Source: a virus. Taken from it: a stretch of 64,000 nt of DNA. A program made the translations under genes and the position numbers. Positions within the stretch are counted from its first letter, which is position 1, and each line of letters opens with the position of its first letter. The stretch is from IMG/VR virus record IMGVR_UViG_3300044858_003284. The stretch is one strand, 5' to 3'. Positions 29,667-39,001 of this stretch are shown here, one piece after another. The notes under the pieces were generated by a model that was not told the DNA's origin, did no database searches, and saw only the letters and a program-made list of their open reading frames with translations.

Positions 29667-31378
29667 TTTTATTTGAAAAAATAAGATATAAAAATATCTT
29701 ATCAACTGGTAATTCTTTTACAGAAATACAACTAAACAAATCACCCAACACACTTATCATTGGCCAAAATGGTGCTGGTAAATCGACCATTCTGGACGCC
29801 TTATGTTTTGGTTTATTTGGTAAACCATTTCGTAAAATCAATAAACCAAACCTGTTGAACTCAATCAATCAACAACAATGTGTGGTTGAGATTGAATTCA
29901 CGATTGGTAAAAAGATGTATAAGATTGTCCGTGGTATTAAACCTAATGTCTTTGAAATCTACTGTAATGGCCAGTTACTCAATCAAGATGCCGCTTCACG
30001 GGACTACCAAGAAATACTTGAGAAGCAAATTCTTAAATTAAATTTCAAATCATTTACACAGATTGTTATCCTTGGCTCTGCTTCTTTTGTGCCATTCATG
30101 CAACTTTCGGCATCTGATCGTAGGTTAATTATTGAAGATTTATTGGACATTCAAATCTTTTCTTCAATGAATTCGATTGTCAAAGAACGATTGGCAGTCA
30201 TTAAAGATAGTAGCCAAAAATTAAAGTATCAAATGGATTTGACTGCTGAGAAGATTAAGATGCAGAGAGAATCGATTGAAGAACATAAAAAACACAATGA
30301 TGACGAGATTCAAAAGAAACAAAAAGAAATAGAAGATTCTGAATCACAATGCCAAAAACTTGGTGGTGAAATTGTTCTTATTCAAAAACATATTGATGTG
30401 TTGAATAGTAAAGTTTCTGATCAAATGGCAATACAAAAGCGAAGCACCAAATTGGTACATTACGAATCTAAACTAGAATCTCGTTTAAAGAAAATTGAAA
30501 AAGATGTTTGTTTTTACCACGATCATAGTGACTGTCCAACTTGTAAACAAGATATTGATGAAGAATTTAGGCAAAAACAAATTTCTAATTTACAACAAAC
30601 TAAAGGTGAGGTTGATGCCGCCTTGGTTGATATAGAGAAACAGATTGAAGATACTAGTAATCGGATGTCTGAAATACAAAAAATACTTACACACATACAG
30701 GCACACAACAATGAAATTATCAAACACAATACTACCGTATCAACAATACATTCTTACATTGATAAACTCAGGAAAGAAATTGGTGATTTGGCAACCAAGA
30801 AAGATTCGTTAGAAGATGAAAATGCCAAACTCAAAGAACTAAAAACTGAGTTGGCTGAGTTTCTCAAACAACAAGAAGGGTATTCGGTCGAGAAACATTA
30901 TTTTGATTATTCTTCCGTATTACTAAAAGATACCGGTATTAAAACAAAGATTATCAAACAATACTTACCTATCATGAACAAGTTGATTAATAAGTATTTG
31001 ACTGCCATGGATTTCTTTGTGAACTTCAACATCAATGAAAACTTTGAAGAAACAATCAAATCAAGACATCGTGACGAATTCTCATATGCCAATTTCTCCG
31101 AAGGTGAGAAGATGCGTATTGACCTGGCATTATTATTTACATGGCGCCAGATTGCCAAATTGAAGAATAGTACCAACACCAATCTATTGATACTTGATGA
31201 GGTGTTCGATTCAAGTCTTGATACGGTTGGCACCGAAGAATTTCTAAAACTGATTCATGAAATGGGAACAGACACCAATGTATTCGTTATCTCACACAAA
31301 GGCGATCAGTTGTTTGATAAGTTTAGAAGTATAATTAGATTCGAAAAGAAAAACAATTTTAGTCAGGTGGTAATATGA
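29663..31378 (+). CDS. gp46: Recombination ATPase gp46 (Rad50-like)
   Basis: GQNGAGKS, CPTC zinc hook, FSEGE, LILDEVFDSSLD. Confidence 0.97.
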   Translation: MILFEKIRYKNILSTGNSFTEIQLNKSPNTLIIGQNGAGKSTILDALCFGLFGKPFRKINKPNLLNSINQQQCVVEIEFTIGKKMYKIVRGIKPNVFEIYCNGQLLNQDAASRDYQEILEKQILKLNFKSFTQIVILGSASFVPFMQLSASDRRLIIEDLLDIQIFSSMNSIVKERLAVIKDSSQKLKYQMDLTAEKIKMQRESIEEHKKHNDDEIQKKQKEIEDSESQCQKLGGEIVLIQKHIDVLNSKVSDQMAIQKRSTKLVHYESKLESRLKKIEKDVCFYHDHSDCPTCKQDIDEEFRQKQISNLQQTKGEVDAALVDIEKQIEDTSNRMSEIQKILTHIQAHNNEIIKHNTTVSTIHSYIDKLRKEIGDLATKKDSLEDENAKLKELKTELAEFLKQQEGYSVEKHYFDYSSVLLKDTGIKTKIIKQYLPIMNKLINKYLTAMDFFVNFNINENFEETIKSRHRDEFSYANFSEGEKMRIDLALLFTWRQIAKLKNSTNTNLLILDEVFDSSLDTVGTEEFLKLIHEMGTDTNVFVISHKGDQLFDKFRSIIRFEKKNNFSQVVI

Positions 31379-31920
31379 GTATATTAAGAGAACACACGAA
31401 TGCCAAACATCGTGAAGCTGAAGCAAAACCATTTGTTCAATATTTACTACATGGTAATATCACAAAAGAACATTATGCTTTGTATTTAAAACAGATGTCG
31501 GTTGTTTACGGTGCAATAGAATATTTTGCTGAAATGTCTTTTCTATTATTGGATCTAAAAGATATAAAAAGGACAAGTTACATTTATGATGATTTGTATG
31601 AATTGGGACATACAGTAATTGAACCAATATTACCTGCCACGGAAAAGTATCGACAACACATTGTCGATTTATATTACTCAGATAGGAAAAAAGATATATT
31701 TGCTCATGTCTATGTTAGGCATATGGGAGATTTATATGGAGGCAAAGCAATTTCTAAAAGAGTTCCAGGTTCAGGCAAAGCATATCAATTTGAAGATAGA
31801 CCAGGTTTGATTAAAGCGATTGATGCCAAATTAAGTTTTGATTTAGTTGATGAAGCATTAAAAGGATTCGATTTATCTATGGGAATATTTGATGAATTAC
31901 AGGAGAAAATAAATGAGTGA
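31375..31920 (+). CDS. Heme oxygenase
   Basis: LREHT...HREAE proximal His; AHVYVRHMGDLYGG distal helix. Confidence 0.9.
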   Translation: MSILREHTNAKHREAEAKPFVQYLLHGNITKEHYALYLKQMSVVYGAIEYFAEMSFLLLDLKDIKRTSYIYDDLYELGHTVIEPILPATEKYRQHIVDLYYSDRKKDIFAHVYVRHMGDLYGGKAISKRVPGSGKAYQFEDRPGLIKAIDAKLSFDLVDEALKGFDLSMGIFDELQEKINE

Positions 31921-32485
31921 AATATTTAAATATGACACAGAAACAGCCGCCAAGGTTGAGGTAAAGAAACAACAATCAAAATATTTTAAATTGGTTCATG
32001 AAACTGATCCAATTTTAAGGCAAGTATTACCAGAATTCGATTTCAAGAATCCACCTGTAAATCCGGAAGAATTTGCTGAATCATTGGCTGAAACTTGTAG
32101 GCTGCATCGTGGTATTGGTCTATCTGCCAATCAATGTGGATTTCCTTATCGTGTATTTGTAATGGGTGCTGATGATCAATATGTGGCATATTTTAATCCA
32201 AAAATAACAGGACAATCCGAAGAGCAGGTACACATGGTAGAAGGGTGTTTATCTTTTCCATTTTTAGGATTGAGAATTACCAGGCCACAAGAAATTATGG
32301 TTGAATACCAAAACTATCACGGTGAAATAAAACACGCAAAATTTAATGGCATATCTGCTCGTTGTTTTCAACATGAGCTTGACCACATGAACGGTATTGT
32401 GTATACTAGTCTGACAAAGCCAATGGCTTTACAGTCTGGCATGAATAAAAGAAATAAAATTATGAGAAAGTTGAAACTCAAATAA
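31913..32485 (+). CDS. def: Peptide deformylase
   Basis: GIGLSANQCG, EGCLS, QHELDH. Confidence 0.95.
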   Translation: MSEIFKYDTETAAKVEVKKQQSKYFKLVHETDPILRQVLPEFDFKNPPVNPEEFAESLAETCRLHRGIGLSANQCGFPYRVFVMGADDQYVAYFNPKITGQSEEQVHMVEGCLSFPFLGLRITRPQEIMVEYQNYHGEIKHAKFNGISARCFQHELDHMNGIVYTSLTKPMALQSGMNKRNKIMRKLKLK

Positions 32486-33750
32486 TGGCAAGAGTAGAAC
32501 CTGTAGAAACACAATGGAAACGGTGGACAGAAGATAATCCACCAGATCGATGTCCACATATTGACGAAGAACAACTAATAAAAACTGTTACACAAGATTT
32601 AGAATATGCTTCACAAATGGATGTTCGTGAATATACTTTATATCAAAAATGGTGTGAAGTAAAAGAACGGTATCCTGGTACCGCAAGAATGAATATGTTT
32701 GGTGAACCAGACGTTGCTTGGAAAGATGATAAGCAAGCGGCAATCATCAATAAAGTCAAAAACAATATTTGGATTCCTAAAGATCCAGATGATTTTCAAA
32801 ATTTAGAACCACAAATGTATTTGGCAAATACGAATCGTGTTGATGAATGGAATGCCATAAGAACATTTTCTTCTACAATGAAAAACAATTCTAATATTGG
32901 CAGAAATCTATATTACATTGTTAAAGATAGAAAAACCGACAAGTATCTTGGTGTCATCTGTATCTCCTCAGACTTTCTGGATCTCACTCCTAGAGATAAA
33001 GCAATTGGTTGGGATCGAGATGTAAAAACTTCTCAGAACATGATTAATCATACGGCAATTGGTTCAACAATCGTGCCATTACAACCACTTGGTTTTAATT
33101 ATATGGGTGGTAAACTACTCGCATTACTGTGTCTATCAGATAAGGTTCAAAATGATTGGAAGGCAAAATATGGCGATGTGTTGGTAGGAGTCACAACTAC
33201 TTCATTGTATGGAAAAACAAAATCAGGAGGCCTTTCTCAATACGACGGACTTGAACATTGGAATGCCATGGGTTTCTCCTCAGGTTCTGTTGCCTTTGAA
33301 CCAACAAAACAAACCAAACAATTAATTTTTGATTGGATAAAAGAAAAACATCCTCGTAAATATTTTGAATGGTGGGAAGCAAAGAATCCACAAGGATTAC
33401 CACTCAAACGAGACCATAAAAATCGTTCATTACATTTTGCCTATCCAAAACTTGGTATCTCAAAAGACAAAACGAGAACAGAACACCAACGTGGTATCTA
33501 TTTTAGTTATCTCTACAATAACACTAGTGAATTCTTACGAAAAGAAATTACAGAAGATAAACTGGTAAAGGCTTTTGATACCAGTGAAGAAGCATTGACA
33601 AACATCTGGAAAACAAAGTATGCCAAAGGTCGTATTCGGCAACTACAAAAGAAAAATAATGTTTCATATGAAACACTTTTCTATGATGATTTGATTTATT
33701 TAACTTGGGAAGAAACCAAGGCAAAGTATTTGCCACAAGTTGGCAGATAA
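32485..33750 (+). CDS. DUF4338/DruA-like protein (copy 1), probable GNAT/Mom-like fold
   Basis: GRNLYYIVKD...YLGVICISS, IVPLQPLGFNYMGGKLLALL, TTTSLYG...SQY; paralogous to 55136-56245. Confidence 0.65.
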   Translation: MARVEPVETQWKRWTEDNPPDRCPHIDEEQLIKTVTQDLEYASQMDVREYTLYQKWCEVKERYPGTARMNMFGEPDVAWKDDKQAAIINKVKNNIWIPKDPDDFQNLEPQMYLANTNRVDEWNAIRTFSSTMKNNSNIGRNLYYIVKDRKTDKYLGVICISSDFLDLTPRDKAIGWDRDVKTSQNMINHTAIGSTIVPLQPLGFNYMGGKLLALLCLSDKVQNDWKAKYGDVLVGVTTTSLYGKTKSGGLSQYDGLEHWNAMGFSSGSVAFEPTKQTKQLIFDWIKEKHPRKYFEWWEAKNPQGLPLKRDHKNRSLHFAYPKLGISKDKTRTEHQRGIYFSYLYNNTSEFLRKEITEDKLVKAFDTSEEALTNIWKTKYAKGRIRQLQKKNNVSYETLFYDDLIYLTWEETKAKYLPQVGR

Positions 33751-33771
33751 CCAAGTATGCCACAAGTATAC

Positions 33772-33801
33772 TTGACATACACACATATATAATGTTATGA
33801 T
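33772..33801 (+). promoter_or_regulatory. Sigma70-type early promoter
   Basis: TTGACA-18 nt-TATGAT with extended TG; a direct repeat lies just upstream. Confidence 0.75.
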
Positions 33802-33856
33802 GTGAGAACTTGCAATACGCAAGGATTTATTTTTAACTATGATTGGAGTTTATATA

Positions 33857-34126
33857 ATGGCTAAGTTATCAGCTAAAGAGCGTATGCTCAATGTATTGAA
33901 GAAGCAAGACGGTTACAACACCTTTACAACTGCTCAAGCACAACGCCGTTTCGGCATCAGCAATGTTTCTGCTCGTATTGACGAGCTACGTCAAGAAGGA
34001 CATTGTATCTATACCAACACTCGCACCGGTACCGATGGACGTAAAGTTCGTTACTATCGTTTAGGCACACCATCTAAAGCATTGGTGCAAGCTGCCTTAC
34101 GTGCTGGATATTCTTTCACAGCCTAA
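33857..34126 (+). CDS. Small winged helix-turn-helix DNA-binding protein
   Basis: GGAG RBS; TFTTAQAQRRFGISNVSARIDELRQEG.CI helix-turn-helix plus YYRLG wing; own promoter and terminator. Confidence 0.75.
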   Translation: MAKLSAKERMLNVLKKQDGYNTFTTAQAQRRFGISNVSARIDELRQEGHCIYTNTRTGTDGRKVRYYRLGTPSKALVQAALRAGYSFTA

Positions 34127-34138
34127 TTTAAGGTTATA

Positions 34139-34169
34139 GGGGAAGTCGTTACCGGCATCCCCTTTTTTT
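34139..34169 (+). terminator. Rho-independent terminator
   Basis: GGGGAAGTCG-TTAC-CGGCATCCCC followed by T7. Confidence 0.8.
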
Positions 34170-34184
34170 ATTCTCGGAGAACAA

Positions 34185-35003
34185 ATGGAAATTTCAATAA
34201 AAAAAGAGGACTTACAAAAGAAAAGTCTATTCGTGGCCACTCCAATGTATGGTGGCATGAATCATGGCTTATACATGAAAGCGTGTTTAGATTTACAAGG
34301 CATGTGTGTTCAGTATGGCATCAATATTAAATTTTCATTTCTTTTCAACGAATCATTAATCACACGTGCACGAAATTATTTGGTGGATGAATTCATTCAC
34401 CGTTCTGATTGCACACATATGTTGTTTATTGATTCCGACATTCATTTCAATCCACAAGATGTGATCGCCTTGTTGGCCATGGATAAAGATGTTTCTGGTG
34501 GTCCATATCCTAAGAAAGCAATTAAATGGAAATCCGTAAAGACTGCAATCACAAAAAATCCTGAAATCGATCCCTCTATTTTAGAAAAAGTTACTGGTGA
34601 TTACGTGTTTAATCCAGTGAAAGGCACAGCACAGTTTAATGTTACTGAACCACTAGAAGTTTTAGAAATTGGTACAGGCTTCATGATGATTAAACGTGAT
34701 GTGTTTAAGAGAATGGAAGAAGCATATCCAATGATTCGTTATAAACCTGACCATGTAGGACAGGCACACTTTGACGGTACTCGTTACATTCATGCTTTCT
34801 TTGATACAGTTATTGATACGAAAGATAGTATTGTAGGTGGTGGTTCTGATCGTTATCTATCAGAAGATTATATGTTCTGCCAGATGTGGCGTAAGATTGG
34901 TGGCAAGATTCACCTGTGTCCTTGGATGAGAACATCACATATTGGCACGTATCACTTCCAAGGAGATATGCCTGCCGTGGCTAATTTTGTTGGAGAAATG
35001 TAA
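34185..35003 (+). CDS. GT-A fold glycosyltransferase-like protein
   Basis: LFVATPMYGG, ESLITRARN, HMLFIDSDI (DxD), GTGFMMIKR, LSEDYMFC, SHIG. Confidence 0.75.
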   Translation: MEISIKKEDLQKKSLFVATPMYGGMNHGLYMKACLDLQGMCVQYGINIKFSFLFNESLITRARNYLVDEFIHRSDCTHMLFIDSDIHFNPQDVIALLAMDKDVSGGPYPKKAIKWKSVKTAITKNPEIDPSILEKVTGDYVFNPVKGTAQFNVTEPLEVLEIGTGFMMIKRDVFKRMEEAYPMIRYKPDHVGQAHFDGTRYIHAFFDTVIDTKDSIVGGGSDRYLSEDYMFCQMWRKIGGKIHLCPWMRTSHIGTYHFQGDMPAVANFVGEM

Positions 35004-35299
35004 TGTCAGAAGTAGGTCGTAAATTTGATGGTGGTAAATTAGAATATGGTTTATTACCACCATACGCATTAAAAGAAACAGTTAAAGTATTAACTTTTGG
35101 TGCTCAAAAATATGAACGAGATAACTGGCAAAAAGTGCCAGACTCTAAACGTAGATATTTTGATGCACTACAACGGCATCTATGGGCATGGAAAGAAGGA
35201 GAAGAAGTTGATCCTGAATCTGGTATACATCACTTGGCACACGCAATGTGCTGCTTGATGTTTCTGTATGAACATGATACAATATATTCGAAGCAGTAA
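35003..35299 (+). CDS. dATP/dGTP diphosphohydrolase domain protein (DUF5664-like)
   Basis: KFDGGK...LLP, FGAQKY..DNW, ALQRHL, DPESGIHHLAHAMCC. Confidence 0.85.
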   Translation: MSEVGRKFDGGKLEYGLLPPYALKETVKVLTFGAQKYERDNWQKVPDSKRRYFDALQRHLWAWKEGEEVDPESGIHHLAHAMCCLMFLYEHDTIYSKQ

Positions 35300-35319
35300 T
35301 TTTTATAATGGAGAAAACA

Positions 35320-35991
35320 ATGAAGTTATCAAATGAAACACTGGCAGTATTGAAGAATTTTTCTACAATCAATCAAGGCATTCAATTCAAGAAAGGCACA
35401 AAACTTACCACAGTATCGGCTGGTAAAACTGTATTGGCCCAAGCCACACTTAAAGATGAGTTTCCACAAGATTTTTGTGTGTATGACCTGAATCAATTCT
35501 TATCGGTACATTCACTACACAAAGATTCTGAATTACAATTTGATGATTCAAATGTTATTTTCAAATCTGGTCGTTCTAGTACCAAGTATCGTAAGACAGC
35601 AAAAGAAATGATTGTTGTACCACCAGAAAAAGAATTAACTTTGCCTTCTAAAGATGTTGCCTTTACTCTAACAGAAGAAGATTATGCCAACATTATGAAA
35701 ACGGCTAGCGTTCTGAGTTCACCTCATATTGCTGTTGAATCTGATGGTGAATCTGTTCAACTAAGTGCATTTGATGCGTTTGATGATTCTGCTCATACAA
35801 ACTATATTCAAGTTGCTGAAGGTGATGGTAAGAAATACAAGGTCGTATTCAAAACAGAAAACATCAAATTGATTCCTGGAAGTTATGCTGTTGAGATTTC
35901 ATTCAAAGGTATTAGTCATTTCAAAAACACGAAAGACGAAATTGAATATTGGATCGCCATCGAACCAAAAGAATCAAAGATTGGAGAATAA
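35320..35991 (+). CDS. gp45: DNA sliding clamp gp45
   Basis: MKLSNETLAVLKNFSTINQGI, FCVYDLNQFL, YWIAIE; start after a GGAG RBS. Confidence 0.95.
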   Translation: MKLSNETLAVLKNFSTINQGIQFKKGTKLTTVSAGKTVLAQATLKDEFPQDFCVYDLNQFLSVHSLHKDSELQFDDSNVIFKSGRSSTKYRKTAKEMIVVPPEKELTLPSKDVAFTLTEEDYANIMKTASVLSSPHIAVESDGESVQLSAFDAFDDSAHTNYIQVAEGDGKKYKVVFKTENIKLIPGSYAVEISFKGISHFKNTKDEIEYWIAIEPKESKIGE

Positions 35992-35992
35992 T

Positions 35993-36181
35993 ATGTTAGT
36001 CAATTTTAATGATAGTGTTACTAATGAATCTGTTGCCGTTAACCTGTCCAATCTTGTTTGTGTGTTTACAGTCAAAGAAGAAGGCGTTGAGAAAACCATT
36101 CTCAATATGATTAACGGTAATATTGCTGTAAAAGAAAATTACCTAGAAGTTGTTGGCAGAATCAATGCCGAAATGAAATGA
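35993..36181 (+). CDS. Small hypothetical protein (62 aa)
   Basis: GGAG RBS; MLVNFND...VKENYLEVVGRI. Confidence 0.55.
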   Translation: MLVNFNDSVTNESVAVNLSNLVCVFTVKEEGVEKTILNMINGNIAVKENYLEVVGRINAEMK

Positions 36182-36235
36182 TTTTATTGAAAGTAGTAGA
36201 AGTGTTGAGAGTTAATTATATTATGGGAGTGTTAA

Positions 36236-37171
36236 ATGGAACATTTATTGTGGGTCGAAAAGTATCGTCCAAAGACGATTGAAGATTGTATTCTTCCAGA
36301 TGCGATCAAGGAAACTTTTCAGGAGTTCGTTAAGAGAAAGGAGATACCAAATCTTCTTTTATCTGGTACGGCAGGTGTCGGAAAAACAACTGTTGCTAAA
36401 GCATTGTGCAACGAGGTTGGTTGCGATTTTATTATCATCAATGGCTCTGATGAGTCTGGCATTGATGTCCTCCGTAACAAAATTAAGAACTATGCTTCTT
36501 CAATGTCGCTCATGGGTGGCAGAAAAGTTGTCATCATTGATGAGGCTGATTATCTCAATCCTAATTCAACTCAACCTGCTCTACGAGGAGCCATTGAAGA
36601 ATTTGCCTCAAACTGCTCGTTCATTTTCACTTGTAATTTCAAAAATCGGATCATCGATCCGATCCATTCCCGTTGTTCTGTTATCGACTTTAAGATCAAC
36701 GGTTCTAAACCAAAGCTGGCGGCACAGTTTTTTAAACGGGTTGAAAACATCCTTTCACAAGAGGGAATCAAATACTCCAAAGACGTTGTTGCCGCCGTCA
36801 TCACCAAACACTTTCCTGATAATCGAAGAATTCTTAATGAGCTTCAGCGATACTCGGTTTCTGGCTCCATTGATTCTGGTATTCTTTCTAATGTTGCTGA
36901 TATTCAACTTGAAGCCCTAATCAAAGCACTTAAAGAAAAAGATTTTGCTTCTGCTCGTAAGTGGGTCACCAATAATCTCGACAATGATCCTGTAAAAATC
37001 TATCGTAAACTATACGATGGTTTATATGATGTTCTTGATGCTAGTGCTGTACCACAACTAGTTCTTATCCTCGCCAAATATCAATATCAATCAGCTTTTG
37101 TGGCTGACCACGAAATTAATATGACGGCTTGTTTAACTGAAATTATGGTAGATTGTGAGTTCAAAAAATGA
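36236..37171 (+). CDS. gp44: Clamp loader large subunit gp44
   Basis: WVEKYRP, GTAGVGKT, IIDEAD, SRC motif. Confidence 0.97.
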   Translation: MEHLLWVEKYRPKTIEDCILPDAIKETFQEFVKRKEIPNLLLSGTAGVGKTTVAKALCNEVGCDFIIINGSDESGIDVLRNKIKNYASSMSLMGGRKVVIIDEADYLNPNSTQPALRGAIEEFASNCSFIFTCNFKNRIIDPIHSRCSVIDFKINGSKPKLAAQFFKRVENILSQEGIKYSKDVVAAVITKHFPDNRRILNELQRYSVSGSIDSGILSNVADIQLEALIKALKEKDFASARKWVTNNLDNDPVKIYRKLYDGLYDVLDASAVPQLVLILAKYQYQSAFVADHEINMTACLTEIMVDCEFKK

Positions 37172-37647
37172 TATTTGATAAAGATAAAATGAAAAGTTTA
37201 GGTGACATCGGTGAAAAAATTGCAATTGCTCACTACAGCGCACTAGGACATAAAGTTGTGCCTTCATATAACCCTTATGATAGTCAAAAAGATTTATTGG
37301 TTGATGGAAAAAGATATGAAGTAAAAACACAACAACCTCATGTTAAATTGAAATCATTAACATTTCGTCCTAATCAATTACCAAAATGTGGAAATAAAGA
37401 AACACAATTAGTTTTTGTCACAGCAGAATCTTCATTTAGTCCTACCTATAGATGGAATAATTGTTTTTTTGAGGTTGATTCTAATTTTAATTATTTTTCT
37501 TATAAAACAAAAGAAGGTGTGGATATGTTAGCTATTCCGATAGATCAACCAGCTGTTCGTTTTATTAAAAAACTTGATAAAGATGCAGTTCATGAGTTAA
37601 AAAAACAAGCACAATCAAACTATAAAGATGGCAAAAGAAAGTATTAA
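37168..37647 (+). CDS. Putative PD-(D/E)XK nuclease-fold protein
   Basis: GDIGEKI...PYDSQKDLLVDGKRYEVK pattern (E..D..EVK). Confidence 0.5.
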   Translation: MIFDKDKMKSLGDIGEKIAIAHYSALGHKVVPSYNPYDSQKDLLVDGKRYEVKTQQPHVKLKSLTFRPNQLPKCGNKETQLVFVTAESSFSPTYRWNNCFFEVDSNFNYFSYKTKEGVDMLAIPIDQPAVRFIKKLDKDAVHELKKQAQSNYKDGKRKY

Positions 37648-37649
37648 TA

Positions 37650-38039
37650 ATGCCTGATTTATTCAAAGAGATTCTTCCGTCCATACTAGAGAAGAAAAAA
37701 AGTGTATTTCAAGATGAATATGATTATAAAGAATATAATCCATATATCATCAACCGAGCTTTGTCGTACCACATGGATTGTATTCTGTATGTCAATGAAT
37801 TAAATAAGAATCCTAGTCTTGATAAGGACTTACAATATTCATATCTTCTAAATACCATAAGACCGATGAAACGGAAATTTCAACCGTGGCAGAAATCAGA
37901 GGTCAACAAAGATATAGAATGTGTCAAACAATATTTTGGTTACTCCAATGAGAAGGCCAAAGAAGCTTTGCGTATTCTTAATGATGAACAGATCGCTGAA
38001 ATAAAAGCAAAAACAAATAAAGGCGGAGTGACAAAGTAA
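37650..38039 (+). CDS. gp62: Clamp loader small subunit gp62
   Basis: YNPYIINRALS, QYSYLLNTIRP.KR, VKQYFGYSNEKA. Confidence 0.94.
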   Translation: MPDLFKEILPSILEKKKSVFQDEYDYKEYNPYIINRALSYHMDCILYVNELNKNPSLDKDLQYSYLLNTIRPMKRKFQPWQKSEVNKDIECVKQYFGYSNEKAKEALRILNDEQIAEIKAKTNKGGVTK

Positions 38040-38446
38040 TGATTTCAATTATAGATTTAGTTGAAGTTACATTAGGTGAAAAAGATGATTTCCTGAAGGT
38101 CCGTGAAACTCTAACACGTATCGGTGTAGCTTCCAAAAAAGAAAAGATTCTCTACCAGTCCTGTCATATATTACATAAACAGAGCAGGTATTACATAGTG
38201 CATTTCAAAGAACTATTTGCTTTAGATGGTAAACCAACAGATATTACTGAGAATGATTTATCTCGTAGGAATGCCATAGCAAAACTATTGGAAGACTGGG
38301 GACTGGTAAAAATACTAGATAAAAGTAAGGTAGAAAACCCACCTCCAATCTTCTTATCACAAATTAAGATCATCTCTCATAAAGAAAAAGATGATTGGAA
38401 TTTGGTACCCAAGTATAATATTGGTAAAAAACCAGGAGCCTATTGA
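38039..38446 (+). CDS. regA: Translational repressor RegA
   Basis: DDFLKVRETLTRIGVAS, LYQSCHILHKQ, YIVHFKELF, LVPKYNIG. Confidence 0.97.
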   Translation: MISIIDLVEVTLGEKDDFLKVRETLTRIGVASKKEKILYQSCHILHKQSRYYIVHFKELFALDGKPTDITENDLSRRNAIAKLLEDWGLVKILDKSKVENPPPIFLSQIKIISHKEKDDWNLVPKYNIGKKPGAY

Positions 38447-38473
38447 CAAAATAGGCTTTTTGTGTTATAAATA
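38437..38473 (+). promoter_or_regulatory. Composite terminator hairpin + sigma70 promoter + late promoter for hsp20
   Basis: AGCCTATT-GACAA-AATAGGCT plus T-run; TTGACA-17-TATAAA; TATAAATA at 38466-38473. Confidence 0.7.
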
Positions 38474-38479
38474 TGGATG

Positions 38480-38539
38480 TAGGTGCCTCAGGGGCCTATA
38501 ATTTTGATAAACTCGCTTAACTAAGGAGCATTAAACATG
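38480..38539 (+). promoter_or_regulatory. ROSE-like RNA thermometer in hsp20 5' UTR
   Basis: CUCGCUU-aacu-AAGGAG hairpin with UCGCU and a bulged G opposite the SD; upstream hairpin UAGGUGCC...GGGCCUA. Confidence 0.65.
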
Positions 38540-39001
38540 ACTACAAGTCTATTACCAAGTCTATTTGACTTTCACAAAACGTTGGATCCATTCACAGTTG
38601 GTTACGATAAATTCTTCAAAGATATCGAAGAAGTTACCAAAAATGTAGCCAAGAATGTACCATCGTATCCTCCATACAATATCAAACAAGTAAGCAAAAA
38701 CAAGTATGTCATTGAAATGGCAGTTGCTGGTTTTGCCAAGTCTGATATTGAAATCACACTTGAAGGTAATAAATTGGTCATCAAAGGTGCTGCAAAAGAA
38801 AATGATCTTAAATCGGATGAAAACTTCCTTTTTAAGGGAATTGCTAACCGTGACTTCACACGTTCTTTTACCATCGCTGACAAGATTGAAATCGGTCAAG
38901 CTGAAATGGTAAATGGTATGTTACGTGTCTGGTTGGAAAATCTTGTGCAAACTCAAGATACCATTAAAAAGATTGCCATTAAGGAAAAGAAAGATGACTA
39001 A
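38537..39001 (+). CDS. hsp20: Small heat-shock protein Hsp20 (IbpA-like)
   Basis: SYPPYNI, IEMAVAGF, GIANRDFTRSF, NGML. Confidence 0.95.
   Translation: MTTSLLPSLFDFHKTLDPFTVGYDKFFKDIEEVTKNVAKNVPSYPPYNIKQVSKNKYVIEMAVAGFAKSDIEITLEGNKLVIKGAAKENDLKSDENFLFKGIANRDFTRSFTIADKIEIGQAEMVNGMLRVWLENLVQTQDTIKKIAIKEKKDD

Noticed and set aside
32485-33750. A Druantia anti-phage defence system
   Set aside because: Only DruA-like genes are present, with no DruE helicase or other Dru genes, and the context is a phage replication operon.
36279-36920. 213-aa alternative-frame ORF inside gp44
   Set aside because: No RBS, TTG start and Leu/Ser-rich shadow composition. It is explained by gp44 avoiding NTA codons, which removes +1-frame stops.
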